Of a stretch of DNA of 64,000 bases, positions 10,321-19,647 are shown piece after piece (the stretch's first letter is position 1; each line of letters opens with the position of its first letter). A program made the position numbers and the translations under genes. The DNA comes from Candidatus Woesebacteria bacterium RIFCSPHIGHO2_01_FULL_39_32 (GTDB taxonomy: Bacteria; Patescibacteriota; Microgenomatia; UBA8517): NCBI GenBank assembly GCA_001792345.1, contig MGGJ01000001.1, positions 48,486 through 112,485 of the forward strand, read 5' to 3'. The notes beneath the pieces are model-generated. The model saw only the letters and a program-made list of their open reading frames with translations. It did not search any database and was not told the DNA's origin.

Positions 10321-11001
10321 ATGGAAGAGGAAAATACACAAGGTCAGGCTGGTCAAAGTCCAGGTGATCAATCTCCAAGAACGAGAGTCGGATTTCCTCA
10401 GCAACAGGAACCTAAAAAATTTCCAACCAAGCTTATAGTAGTTATTATTGTTCTAATTCTACTAGTGGGAGGTGGCTGGTTTATTTTCGGAAGAAGCCGG
10501 GATGATGCAAATCTTGAATCGGAACTTTCACCCACCCCATTTGAAATAAAAGAATCCACTCCTACTCCAACCCCAGAGAAGATAGAGAGGGAAGAAATTA
10601 AAATTCAGGTTTTAAACGGGACAGGAATAACTGGGGGCGCAGGTAGTTTAAAAACAAAATTGGAGAAATTAGGATATTCTCAGATTGAAGTTGGTAATGC
10701 ACCAACATCGAATTTTACTGCAACTGAGCTTATTTTTAATGATGATGTTCCCAAAACTGTCCGAGATGAAATCCAGGAACTCCTTGAAGATACTTACCAG
10801 GATGTTGAAGTTGAAGAGAACTCTTTAGATAAATATGATATTAGAATTACTACCGGACTTCCAAAAGGTCAAACCGCAACTCCTACAAAAGCAAAAACTA
10901 CTCCGACTCCGACTCCGAAGGTAACTGTAAAGCCAACTGGTGGAACTGGGACCCCTACACTTACTCCAACCACCACCACTTCTCCAACACCTACTCCCTG
11001 A
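10321..11001 (+). CDS. LytR_C (cell-envelope-related attenuator C-terminal) domain protein, membrane-anchored, Pro/Thr-rich tails
   Basis: TM helix; IKIQVLNGTGITGGAGSLKTKLEKLGY matches the LytR_C pattern; PTPTPTP low-complexity linkers. Confidence 0.5.
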   Translation: MEEENTQGQAGQSPGDQSPRTRVGFPQQQEPKKFPTKLIVVIIVLILLVGGGWFIFGRSRDDANLESELSPTPFEIKESTPTPTPEKIEREEIKIQVLNGTGITGGAGSLKTKLEKLGYSQIEVGNAPTSNFTATELIFNDDVPKTVRDEIQELLEDTYQDVEVEENSLDKYDIRITTGLPKGQTATPTKAKTTPTPTPKVTVKPTGGTGTPTLTPTTTTSPTPTP

Positions 11002-11020
11002 GGTATAATCAAGATCTGTC

Positions 11021-11533
11021 ATGGAGGAACAAAATTCTCAAATAGCTTTTGACTGGAAGAATATAACTCGCGTTTTCGTAAGCGTTGCAGTAATTTTAGG
11101 TGCAATAGTTGGACTTATCTTTGTTAGTTCTATAATTGGAGGTAGAATTGGGACTGACCAAACTATGGATTTTTCGAATACTACTTCAGAATCACAAGAA
11201 CTCAAAATCGAAGATATTAGTGTCGGAGAAGGCGTTGAAGTGGGAGAAGGAGATTTCGTGACAGTTCACTATACAGGGACGCTTACGGATGGCGCGAAAT
11301 TTGACAGCTCCATTGATAGGGGTGAACCTTTTTCTTTTAAAGTAGGAGCGGGGGAGGTTATAGAAGGTTGGGATAAAGGACTCCTGGGAATGAAGGTAGG
11401 AGGAAAACGCAAATTAATAATTCCTTCTGAACTTGGTTATGGCCAAGAGGGAGCAGGAGGTGACATCCCCCCCAATTCAACCTTAATTTTTGAGATTGAA
11501 CTTCTTAAAGTCGAAAAATCAACCGGAGCTTGA
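11021..11533 (+). CDS. FKBP-type peptidyl-prolyl cis-trans isomerase, membrane-anchored
   Basis: VTVHYTGTLTDGAKFDSS...FSFKVGAGEVIEGWDKGLLGMKVGGKRKLIIPSELGYG is a canonical FKBP domain; N-terminal TM helix. Confidence 0.8.
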   Translation: MEEQNSQIAFDWKNITRVFVSVAVILGAIVGLIFVSSIIGGRIGTDQTMDFSNTTSESQELKIEDISVGEGVEVGEGDFVTVHYTGTLTDGAKFDSSIDRGEPFSFKVGAGEVIEGWDKGLLGMKVGGKRKLIIPSELGYGQEGAGGDIPPNSTLIFEIELLKVEKSTGA

Positions 11534-11571
11534 CAGTAATTAAGGATAACTCTTGTGATATCATTTAGGTA

Positions 11572-12036
11572 ATGGATCCCCTCAAATTTTTGAATAAATC
11601 ATTCGGTGTTTATAACATTAGAGGAATTTATGTTGAACCTACCTATTGGATGGCTGGAGCAATAGTACTTTTAATCTTTTTACTACTATTTACTGTCGCA
11701 CGTATACGATGGTTGTATGTTCACTGGAATTTAGGTAAATCATCGATGTCTATGCTTTTTTGGGGGTTTCTTCTGGCGTTTATTGTGGAAGGCTTTTTTA
11801 TCTTAGGCGGCAGAACTCTTTTTACCGAAATCCTAGGATGGAAAAGTGCACCCAAACCTATAAGTACTCTTTTGGATATTAGCCGTGCAAAAATGATCGG
11901 AGTTATGGGGGTAACAGACGAAATACCGGATTCATCTGCAAAAGAGCCTCCAACATATCAAAGTATAGTCGGAGATTTTGAAAGCTTATCTTCTGATGAT
12001 AAAGAAGCAGCAAAAAACTTCATTTGCGCTCCTTGA
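11572..12036 (+). CDS. Hypothetical membrane protein
   Basis: 154 aa, two predicted TM helices, no recognisable motif. Confidence 0.3.
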   Translation: MDPLKFLNKSFGVYNIRGIYVEPTYWMAGAIVLLIFLLLFTVARIRWLYVHWNLGKSSMSMLFWGFLLAFIVEGFFILGGRTLFTEILGWKSAPKPISTLLDISRAKMIGVMGVTDEIPDSSAKEPPTYQSIVGDFESLSSDDKEAAKNFICAP

Positions 12037-12056
12037 ATTGATATACTCAGTTTCTT

Positions 12057-13133
12057 ATGAACGATTTAAATCAGAAAGTAAAAGAACTTGCCGAAAGAAT
12101 AGAAAAGGTAAAGAAAAATTTTAATCTTGAAGAAAGAAAGAAGAAACTTCTTGAATTGGAAGCAGCTTCAATGGATCCGAATCTTTGGGACGATCAGGAA
12201 AAGGCAAGGAAGCTAATGCAGGATCTGGATACTTTGAAAAAAGAAATTGATGAATTGGAAAAACTGGATGGAGAAGTATCTACCTTAGTTACACTTTCTA
12301 AAGATAAAGAATTAGCTTCAGATTTTGTAAAGGATGTAAGGGAGTTGGAAAAAAGATTAGAAAAACTAGAGCTCAAGTCTTTTTTGTCAGATCCATATGA
12401 TTCCAAAAATGCTATTCTTTCAATTCACGCCGGTCAGGGGGGAACAGAGGCTATGGATTGGGCGAATATGCTTTACAGAATGTATTTGCGGTTTTGCGAA
12501 AAAAGAGGGTGGAGTACTGAGACAATTGATGTTTCCGAAGGCGAGGAAGCAGGAATTAAAAGTGTAACATTTAAAGTTGAAGGGGCATATGCTTATGGAT
12601 ATTTAAATGGTGAGGCAGGTACTCACAGACTTGTTCGTCAATCTCCGTTTAATGCGGACAATCTTCGGCAAACATCTTTTGCGCTTGTCGAAGTTTTACC
12701 TGAACTTGAGCAGGAAGATTTGCCTCATATTGAAATAAAAGAAGAGGATCTGGATTGGCAATTTTTTCGTGCATCTAGCCAAGGAGGGCAAAATGTTCAA
12801 AAAGTTTCGACTGCAGTGCGACTTAAACATAAACCAACAGAGATCGTTGTTACTGCCCAAACAGAGCGCTTTCAAGAACAAAACAGGAAAATTGCTTTGA
12901 ATTTGCTCCGCGCAAAATTATGGGCGCGTGAACAAGCGATGAAAGAAAAGAAAGTTAAAGAGTTAAAAGGCGAATATCGGCCTGCTTCTTGGGGCAATCA
13001 AATTCGCTCTTACGTTCTACACCCTTATAAAATGGTTAAAGACTTGCGAACAGAAGTCGAAGTTTCAAATCCCGATGCGGTTCTGAACGGAGAACTCGAC
13101 CCCTTCATCGAAGCCGAGATTCAACAGCTTTAA
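12057..13133 (+). CDS. prfB: Peptide chain release factor 2
   Basis: GGQ motif (SSQGGQNVQKV) and the RF2-specific SPF motif (RQSPFNADN); single uninterrupted ORF with no +1 frameshift site. Confidence 0.85.
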   Translation: MNDLNQKVKELAERIEKVKKNFNLEERKKKLLELEAASMDPNLWDDQEKARKLMQDLDTLKKEIDELEKLDGEVSTLVTLSKDKELASDFVKDVRELEKRLEKLELKSFLSDPYDSKNAILSIHAGQGGTEAMDWANMLYRMYLRFCEKRGWSTETIDVSEGEEAGIKSVTFKVEGAYAYGYLNGEAGTHRLVRQSPFNADNLRQTSFALVEVLPELEQEDLPHIEIKEEDLDWQFFRASSQGGQNVQKVSTAVRLKHKPTEIVVTAQTERFQEQNRKIALNLLRAKLWAREQAMKEKKVKELKGEYRPASWGNQIRSYVLHPYKMVKDLRTEVEVSNPDAVLNGELDPFIEAEIQQL

Positions 13134-13221
13134 GTGATTACTGGATTCTAATCTATTGTGGCACGTTTAATTAATGAGATGAATATTCAGCTCTTGTGAT
13201 TAATTTACCCTTCGTGGTATA

Positions 13222-13734
13222 TTGAATGTTATGGACAGCCCGAATGGAAGTGACTATACATCTCAAGAAAAACTTTCACAAACGGTGAAACCAAACGTTA
13301 TGAAAAATTTTCCAGGAAGGCAAAGCAAAACAAACCTCTCTTTGATTCTCGCTGCGTTTGTAGTTGTTCTTGCTGGCGTTGCTACGGGTTGGTTTCTGAC
13401 TGGTTCGAGTTTAGGTTCAACCCGAGAAGGCGCTGTAGTTGTACCTCAAGAGGAAAAAGAAAAACTTGCCGAAGGAGAATTGGGAATTCCAGTAGAGGAC
13501 TTGTCAGGCGCGGTTAAGGAAGTAGAAGGGACTTTAGTTGAGGGCGGAATAGAAGGGGAAGGAACACACCATTTGGAGCGGCCGGGTGGGCCAAGTCAAA
13601 ATGTATATTTGACTTCAACTGCGATTGATCTTCAATCACTTGTTGGTAAGAAAGTTCATGTTTGGGGGGAAACGTTATCAGGAATTAAAGCTGGTTGGTT
13701 GATGGATGTTGTTAAAGTTAAAGTATTAGATTAA
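13222..13734 (+). CDS. Hypothetical membrane-anchored/secreted protein
   Basis: TM helix then Gly/Glu-rich segment; no recognised family. Confidence 0.3.
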   Translation: MNVMDSPNGSDYTSQEKLSQTVKPNVMKNFPGRQSKTNLSLILAAFVVVLAGVATGWFLTGSSLGSTREGAVVVPQEEKEKLAEGELGIPVEDLSGAVKEVEGTLVEGGIEGEGTHHLERPGGPSQNVYLTSTAIDLQSLVGKKVHVWGETLSGIKAGWLMDVVKVKVLD

Positions 13735-13813
13735 TTTTTCCCTCAGACTTCTTTTCGAGACTAGTCATATTGAAAATCTTCTGGTAATCTTGTTAGGTAG
13801 ATAAACTTACTGT

Positions 13814-14524
13814 ATGTTGGAATTAATAAACGTTACTAAGACCTTTGGAGACATTGCAGCGCTTTCTGACATATCTTTTAAAGTCGATGACGGGGAATTT
13901 GTTTTTATAAGTGGACCCTCCGGCGCGGGTAAAACAACACTTCTTAGACTTTTACTCAGAGAAATCAAACCTAATCAAGGAGAAATTATATTGGATGGTA
14001 AAAATATTGCTAAATTGTCTTCGAAAGAAGTTCCAAGACTACGTCAACATATAGGGACAATTTTTCAGGATTTCAAGGTTATTCCTGAAAGGACAGTTGC
14101 AGAAAACGTTGAAGTCGCTTTAGCCGTTATCGGATTACCAAAAAATGAATGGCCGGCCAGGACGGAGCATGTACTTCGTTTAGTTGGATTGTCTGACCGC
14201 GCGAACCTTTTCCCCTCCCAGCTTTCTGGTGGTGAACTTCAGCGTGTCTCAATGGCAAGGGCGCTTGTCGTAAATCCTAAAATTATTCTGGCCGATGAGC
14301 CTACGGGTAATCTTGACTGGGAAACGGCAGACAAAATAATGGATCTTTTTGAAAAAATTAATCAGGAAGGAAAAACTATAATTATGGCTACTCATCACAA
14401 GTTAATCATCAATAAATTAAAAAAAAGAGTTATTGAATTGAAAGACGGTAAAGTTATAAGTAGAGGTGCAAGCCTCCCGCAAAAAAAAGAAAAAAAGGTA
14501 GATGAATCCGAAAAAGAGATGTAA
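13814..14524 (+). CDS. ftsE: Cell-division ABC ATPase FtsE
   Basis: Walker A GPSGAGKTT; ABC signature LSGGELQR; Walker B ILADEPT; precedes an FtsX-like permease. Confidence 0.8.
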   Translation: MLELINVTKTFGDIAALSDISFKVDDGEFVFISGPSGAGKTTLLRLLLREIKPNQGEIILDGKNIAKLSSKEVPRLRQHIGTIFQDFKVIPERTVAENVEVALAVIGLPKNEWPARTEHVLRLVGLSDRANLFPSQLSGGELQRVSMARALVVNPKIILADEPTGNLDWETADKIMDLFEKINQEGKTIIMATHHKLIINKLKKRVIELKDGKVISRGASLPQKKEKKVDESEKEM

Positions 14525-14529
14525 CTAAA

Positions 14530-15444
14530 ATGACAAGAATTCATATTAAAACCGCATGGGATCATATGAGACGTGCTCCATTTCAAGCGCTTTCTGCCAT
14601 ATTTGTTTTGTCGATAACCTTTTTCGTTATAACGGTTCTTTCTGCTTTGGTTTACGCATCGGGTGAAACTTTGAAATATTTTGAAACGCGTCCCCAAGTC
14701 ATTGCGTTTCTCAAAGATACAGCTACAACCGAGCAGATTTCTCAACTTCAGACGAGGTTGCAGCAGGATTCCCGTATAAATGATGTTAGTTTTATAACAA
14801 AGGAGGAAGCTCTCGAAATTTATAAAGAAGCAACTGCCGATAATCCCCTTCTTTCGGAGCTGGTAAGTCCGTCCATTTTTCCTGCCAGTTTGGAATTCTC
14901 ATTAACCGATTTAGCATTTGCTGAGGATGTTATTCAGGAAGTAAAACAAGAAGAAATCGTTGATCAAATAGGTTTTACCGCTAGTTTGGGAGGAGAAAAT
15001 ACACTTTCCGATGTGGTTAGTAGACTGCGAACTATAACTTTTTACATTAGACTAGGAGGAGGAGCTTTTGCCTTTCTACTGGCTTCGACATCTTTTTTGG
15101 TCCTTATCGTGATTATTGGAATGAGAATGACTACACGACGCGGAGAAATTGAAATACTTGATTTAATAGGGGCAACGCCGGGTTTTATTCGTAGCCCAAT
15201 TATACTTGAGGCAATTATGTATGCACTCACCGGAGTATTTGTCGGCTGGCTTTTAGCATTTTTGCTGGTTTTATACTCGACTCCTACGATAGTAGGCTAC
15301 TTTGGTGAAATTCCGGTTTTGCCTCGGGATACGCTACAACTGTTTACATTGTTTGGTATTATGCTGGGTGGGGAACTTCTTACAGGTTTCTTTCTTGCAC
15401 TTTCCGGAAGTGCCTTAGCTGTTTCCAGAGTGAAACGTAGATGA
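14530..15444 (+). CDS. ftsX: Cell-division permease FtsX
   Basis: 304 aa; TM1, large extracellular loop, then three C-terminal TM helices; follows ftsE. Confidence 0.7.
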   Translation: MTRIHIKTAWDHMRRAPFQALSAIFVLSITFFVITVLSALVYASGETLKYFETRPQVIAFLKDTATTEQISQLQTRLQQDSRINDVSFITKEEALEIYKEATADNPLLSELVSPSIFPASLEFSLTDLAFAEDVIQEVKQEEIVDQIGFTASLGGENTLSDVVSRLRTITFYIRLGGGAFAFLLASTSFLVLIVIIGMRMTTRRGEIEILDLIGATPGFIRSPIILEAIMYALTGVFVGWLLAFLLVLYSTPTIVGYFGEIPVLPRDTLQLFTLFGIMLGGELLTGFFLALSGSALAVSRVKRR

Positions 15445-16619
15445 AAAGGAAAGGAAAATTATTCTTTCTCTTATTACTTAGCATCCTAGTCTTTGCGGGA
15501 GGTATTTTTCTTAGCGGTAAGTTTACTGTTAGTGCCGAAACCGAGGCAGAGAAACTTGAAAAATTAACAAAAGAAATTCAGCAGTATGAACAAGAGATTA
15601 CAAAACTTAAATCGCAAGCTAGCACGTTATCGAACCAAATAGCTCAATATGATGCACAAATCCGTCTAACCGTACTAAAGATTAGTCAGACTGAAGAAAA
15701 AATTTTACTTCTCGGTGGCAGAATTGATCAACTTGAGACTTCTCTCCAAGCACTGACCACGGCATTTGCTTCTCGAGTCGTCCGAACATACAAAATGGCA
15801 AGATTCAACGAGCCAACGTTAATGCTGGTACTTTCCCCCGATTTGAACTCAGCCGTGTCAAGCTATCATTATATTCAAAAAATTCAGGAAGCTGATAGAG
15901 ACTTATTAGTTAGACTTGAAAAAGCTCAGGGGGAATATGAAGAAGAAAAGGTTGATCAAGAGGTTCTTCAGCAGGAGTTAGAAAAACAAAAGAACGTACT
16001 GGGATCTCAAAAAGCGGCGAAGTCAACGCTCTTGGAACAGACGAAGAATGACGAAAAAAAATATCAACAACTTCTGGCAGCCGTAAAAAGCGAATTTGAA
16101 GCTATTCAGGCAATTTTAGCTGGAAAAGGTACTGAAGAGGAAGCCGGCAAAGTATCTGCGGGGCAGAAAATTGCAACGGTTATACAAGGTGCTTCTTGCA
16201 ACTCAAGTGGATCACACGTTCATTTTATCGTTGGCCAAAATGGAAGTACACAAAACCCATTTAATTATCTGAAAAGTGGTGTGGATTTTGAGAACTGTTC
16301 GGGAAGTTCTTGTGGTTCAAGCGACGGTGATTCATTTAACCCTGGTGGTTCTTGGGATTGGCCTATAAGCCCAAAAATAAAATTTTCCCAAGGCTATGGA
16401 TCAACTTGGGCAGTAAGAAACACCTGGGTTGGAAGGATTTATCAGTTTCATAACGGTATAGATATAAATAGTAATTCTTCTTCCGAGGTTAAAGCTGTCT
16501 ACTCGGGAACTCTTTATAGAGGAAGTTATGGTGGAAGTGGTGGCTGTCGTCTGCGTTACGTTCGTATCGATCATGATGATTCCGACCTAGACACATTTTA
16601 TTTGCATATCAATTACTAA
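15441..16619 (+). CDS. Coiled-coil plus M23/LytM-domain protein (EnvC/PcsB-like FtsEX-associated murein hydrolase factor), LytM probably degenerate
   Basis: Signal/TM; long heptad coiled-coil (aa ~30-220); C-terminal LytM with HxxxD (HNGID) but the HxH motif reduced to a single His (YLHINY); start overlaps ftsX by 4 nt. Confidence 0.55.
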   Translation: MKRKGKLFFLLLLSILVFAGGIFLSGKFTVSAETEAEKLEKLTKEIQQYEQEITKLKSQASTLSNQIAQYDAQIRLTVLKISQTEEKILLLGGRIDQLETSLQALTTAFASRVVRTYKMARFNEPTLMLVLSPDLNSAVSSYHYIQKIQEADRDLLVRLEKAQGEYEEEKVDQEVLQQELEKQKNVLGSQKAAKSTLLEQTKNDEKKYQQLLAAVKSEFEAIQAILAGKGTEEEAGKVSAGQKIATVIQGASCNSSGSHVHFIVGQNGSTQNPFNYLKSGVDFENCSGSSCGSSDGDSFNPGGSWDWPISPKIKFSQGYGSTWAVRNTWVGRIYQFHNGIDINSNSSSEVKAVYSGTLYRGSYGGSGGCRLRYVRIDHDDSDLDTFYLHINY

Positions 16620-16637
16620 AATTGTTTAATAGAGTAG

Positions 16638-17498
16638 GTGAATAAACTACTTCTTTTGATTTTTATTTCCTTTTTTCTTCTTACGAACACCGCCTCAGCC
16701 CAGGTGGTTATTAATGAAGTGTTACCAAACCCATCAGGTGATGAGAGTGGAGCTGAATGGGTTGAACTCTATAACTTAAACCCCGGAATAACCCCTCTTA
16801 CGGATTGCATTTTATATCTCCATGAAACAAATAATAACCAGAAGGTAGTATTTAGTCAGGAAAACTTTATAGAAAAATTTAAAGTAATTTCTTGGGACGG
16901 AAGTTGGTTAAATAATAGTGGTGATAGGGTTAGACTTGAATGCGGTTCTTTCACTGATTCTTTGTCTTACGGTGATGCTACGGAATCTGTTGTTTCTAAA
17001 CCAAATGAAGGGGGTTCAATTGGCCGGAGTCCTGACGGAACAGGTAATTTTTATCTTTTATCTTATGTTACGATAAATGAGGCCAATGCGGTTCCGCCTA
17101 CGCTTTCTCCACGACCAACAGACTCCCCGACTTCTACGCCAAAACCAACAAATACTTCTACCCCGCCACCCACTTCGAAACCTTCAAAAACTCCTACTCC
17201 AACTGCAAAAAAGGAAACTGGTGTTCCCACTAACCCGGTTGAGGCAAAAGACGATACTACAGAAAATGAGATTGTATTAAGTGGGGATAATCAGACAGAA
17301 GTACTGGGGATTCAGGAAACTTCTCTACAGAATTTGTCTCCGACTCCAACTGAAAAAAATGATGGAAGCGGAAAGAAATTTCCCATCATGGCTGGAATAT
17401 TAATAGTTGCAGGGATCGGGCTAACAGGAGCCGCATTCTATCCTATTTTCAGAAAGAGAAGACTAAGTTACAATTTGAAGGATGAAAAAGAAAATTGA
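16638..17498 (+). CDS. Lamin-tail-domain (LTD) surface protein with Pro/Thr-rich stalk and C-terminal TM anchor
   Basis: Signal peptide; VVINEVLPNPSGDESGAEWVELYN LTD signature; PTPT linker; C-terminal hydrophobic helix plus RKRR. Confidence 0.55.
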   Translation: MNKLLLLIFISFFLLTNTASAQVVINEVLPNPSGDESGAEWVELYNLNPGITPLTDCILYLHETNNNQKVVFSQENFIEKFKVISWDGSWLNNSGDRVRLECGSFTDSLSYGDATESVVSKPNEGGSIGRSPDGTGNFYLLSYVTINEANAVPPTLSPRPTDSPTSTPKPTNTSTPPPTSKPSKTPTPTAKKETGVPTNPVEAKDDTTENEIVLSGDNQTEVLGIQETSLQNLSPTPTEKNDGSGKKFPIMAGILIVAGIGLTGAAFYPIFRKRRLSYNLKDEKEN

Positions 17499-17892
17499 TA
17501 CTTGGGCACCTCCTATTGTTTGGATGGTTCTAATTTTTTCCTTCTCGTCGCTAGCCACAAACCCAGTATCTGTTATTCACTGGAAAGATTTTATTGTGAA
17601 AAAAACAGGACACGTTTTGATATATGCAATTCTTACTATACTTATCTACCGAGCGTTTAGGGAAGGAAGAACACATAGGAAAAAGGCAGCTTTCTACTCT
17701 ATTTTCTTTGCAGTTGCCTACGGAATTTCCGATGAATATCATCAATCCTTTACTCCGGGGAGAGATCCTCAAATGCGCGATGTCATTTTTGATACAATAG
17801 GTAGCATCCTAGCAATATACATAGTATGGAAATTATTACCGAAGGTACCTCCGAAACTCAAGAGTTTGGCAGAAAGTTTGCACATTCTTTAA
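17482..17892 (+). CDS. VanZ-family membrane protein
   Basis: 136 aa; 4 TM helices; GISDEYHQSFTPGRDPQMRDV matches the VanZ DExHQ region. Confidence 0.5.
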   Translation: MKKKIDTWAPPIVWMVLIFSFSSLATNPVSVIHWKDFIVKKTGHVLIYAILTILIYRAFREGRTHRKKAAFYSIFFAVAYGISDEYHQSFTPGRDPQMRDVIFDTIGSILAIYIVWKLLPKVPPKLKSLAESLHIL

Positions 17893-18269
17893 CCGAAAAA
17901 GAGGTGACCACGGTGACAATTGCACTAGTTGGTGATTTGGGTGCAGGGAAAACGACATTCATACAAGGATTTGCTCAAGGGCTGGGTATTGATCAACGTA
18001 TAATCTCTCCGACATTTATATTAATGAGAAAATATGATGTTAAAATCCCAGGAAAGCTTCAAAATTTTTACCACGTTGATTTATATAGAATTGAGGAAAA
18101 TGTACACGAAGAAGTGACAAATTTAGGTTTACAAGATGTTTGGAAAGTAGCTGGGAATGTTGTTGCAATTGAATGGGCAGAGAAGGTAAAAGTATTAGTT
18201 CCGACAGATACAATTTGGATAAATTTTGAGAGTTTAGGAGAAAACAGAAGGAAAATAACGGTTAGTTAA
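17826..18269 (+). CDS. tsaE: tRNA threonylcarbamoyladenosine (t6A) biosynthesis protein TsaE
   Basis: P-loop VGDLGAGKTTF; SPTFIL and HVDLYRIE motifs typical of YjeE/TsaE; 5' end overlaps vanZ, so the start is uncertain. Confidence 0.7.
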   Translation: MEIITEGTSETQEFGRKFAHSLTEKEVTTVTIALVGDLGAGKTTFIQGFAQGLGIDQRIISPTFILMRKYDVKIPGKLQNFYHVDLYRIEENVHEEVTNLGLQDVWKVAGNVVAIEWAEKVKVLVPTDTIWINFESLGENRRKITVS

Positions 18270-18282
18270 CTGTTTAATTAAG

Positions 18283-19290
18283 ATGAGAAAGATTTTGGTT
18301 ACAGGAGGGGGCGGATATATAGGTTCCGTTGCAACATATCTACTTCTTAAAAAAGGCTGCGAAGTTGTTGTTATTGACAATTTTTCTACTGGTTATAGTG
18401 AACCTCTGGAATTTTTCAAACAAAAATTTGGTAAGAAAAATTTCAGGTATTACGAAGTTGATTTAAAGAAATCTCTAAACAGCACTTTAAGCAAAGAGAA
18501 AAGAATTGATGCGGTAATGCATTATGCAGCTAGCTGCAGCGTTAATGAATCTATGGAAAATCCTAAAAAGTACTTTGAGAATAACATTTGTGGATCAGAA
18601 AATTTACTCTCAAGCGCTTTGTCGCAAGGTATAAAAAACTTCATATTTTCTTCAACTTGCGCTGTCTATGGTGAAACTCAGTATGTTCCTGTTGACGAGT
18701 CACATCCCATAAATCCGTTAAATCCCTATGGAGCTTCTAAGAGAATGGTTGAAGAAATCATTGAGTGGTATGGGAAGCTAAAGGGACTAAATTACGTGAT
18801 ACTAAGATATTTTAACGTTTGCGGAGCAAGTGACGATGGAATTATGGGGGATTCAAAAAAACCATCGCTTTTACTCATGCAAAATGCTGTAAGAGGAGCC
18901 TTGGGAATAGAGTCTTTCTATTTAACTTGTCCAAAAGTTGCAACTCCTGATGGTACTCCAATAAGAGATTATATAAATGTTGTCGATTTGAACGAAGCAC
19001 ATCTTCTGGCACTCGACTATTTATTAAATGGGGCTAAAAGTGAAGTAATTAATCTAGGTACAGGTACAGGAAACTCTGTCATGGAGGTAATAGAAAAAAC
19101 GCAAAAAATTACAGGAGAAAAATTTGATGTAAAAAAAGGTACTGCTCGCCGCGGAGAATATGCAAGAATATATGCCGATATTAACAAGGCGAAGAAAATT
19201 TTAGGTTGGGAACCAAAAAGAAGCTTAGAAGATTCTGTTAAAAGCTTGGTGAAATGGTATAAAAAACATCCTCACGGATGGGATAAATAA
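18283..19290 (+). CDS. galE: UDP-glucose 4-epimerase
   Basis: VTGGGGYIGS Rossmann motif; YGASK catalytic YxxxK; 335 aa. Confidence 0.75.
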   Translation: MRKILVTGGGGYIGSVATYLLLKKGCEVVVIDNFSTGYSEPLEFFKQKFGKKNFRYYEVDLKKSLNSTLSKEKRIDAVMHYAASCSVNESMENPKKYFENNICGSENLLSSALSQGIKNFIFSSTCAVYGETQYVPVDESHPINPLNPYGASKRMVEEIIEWYGKLKGLNYVILRYFNVCGASDDGIMGDSKKPSLLLMQNAVRGALGIESFYLTCPKVATPDGTPIRDYINVVDLNEAHLLALDYLLNGAKSEVINLGTGTGNSVMEVIEKTQKITGEKFDVKKGTARRGEYARIYADINKAKKILGWEPKRSLEDSVKSLVKWYKKHPHGWDK

Positions 19291-19295
19291 CTTAA

Positions 19296-19601
19296 ATGAA
19301 ATTGTATATAGATACTTCAGATACAGACAAAATTATTTTGGGTATTAACGACAAGAAATTTGAGACAAATGCTCGTAATGAAAAATCTCAAAAACTACTC
19401 ACCTTTCTGGAAGAAGTCTTAAAAAAAGAGAACTTTGAATTAGCAGATATAAGAGAAATTAAAGTTCACACTGGACCTGGATCTTTTACCGGACTTAGAG
19501 TTGGAATATCTGTTGCAAACACATTAGGTTGGACGTTGGGAGTGCCTGTAAATGGGAAAGATTTAAGTAAAGGAGAAATGACAGACCTAAAGTACGAATA
19601 G
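19296..19601 (+). CDS. tsaB: Truncated (N-terminal-half-only) TsaB/YeaZ-like protein
   Basis: LGIDTS-like start (YIDTSDTDKIILGI); HTGPGSFTGLRVGISVANTLGW matches the TsaB N-lobe; ORF ends at 101 aa and the next ORF is unrelated. Confidence 0.5.
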   Translation: MKLYIDTSDTDKIILGINDKKFETNARNEKSQKLLTFLEEVLKKENFELADIREIKVHTGPGSFTGLRVGISVANTLGWTLGVPVNGKDLSKGEMTDLKYE

Positions 19602-19647
19602 CGATTATCTGATGAACTTGCACCTTTGTAGTAGAATGAATTAATAT

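Noticed and set aside
14395-14745. 116-aa minus-strand ORF spanning the ftsE/ftsX junction
   Set aside because: It is antisense to two strongly supported genes, with no motif.
17077-17280. 67-aa + ORF (MRPMRFRLRF...) inside the LTD gene in another frame
   Set aside because: It is a frame artefact of the Pro/Thr-rich linker DNA, with an Arg/Leu-rich nonsense translation.
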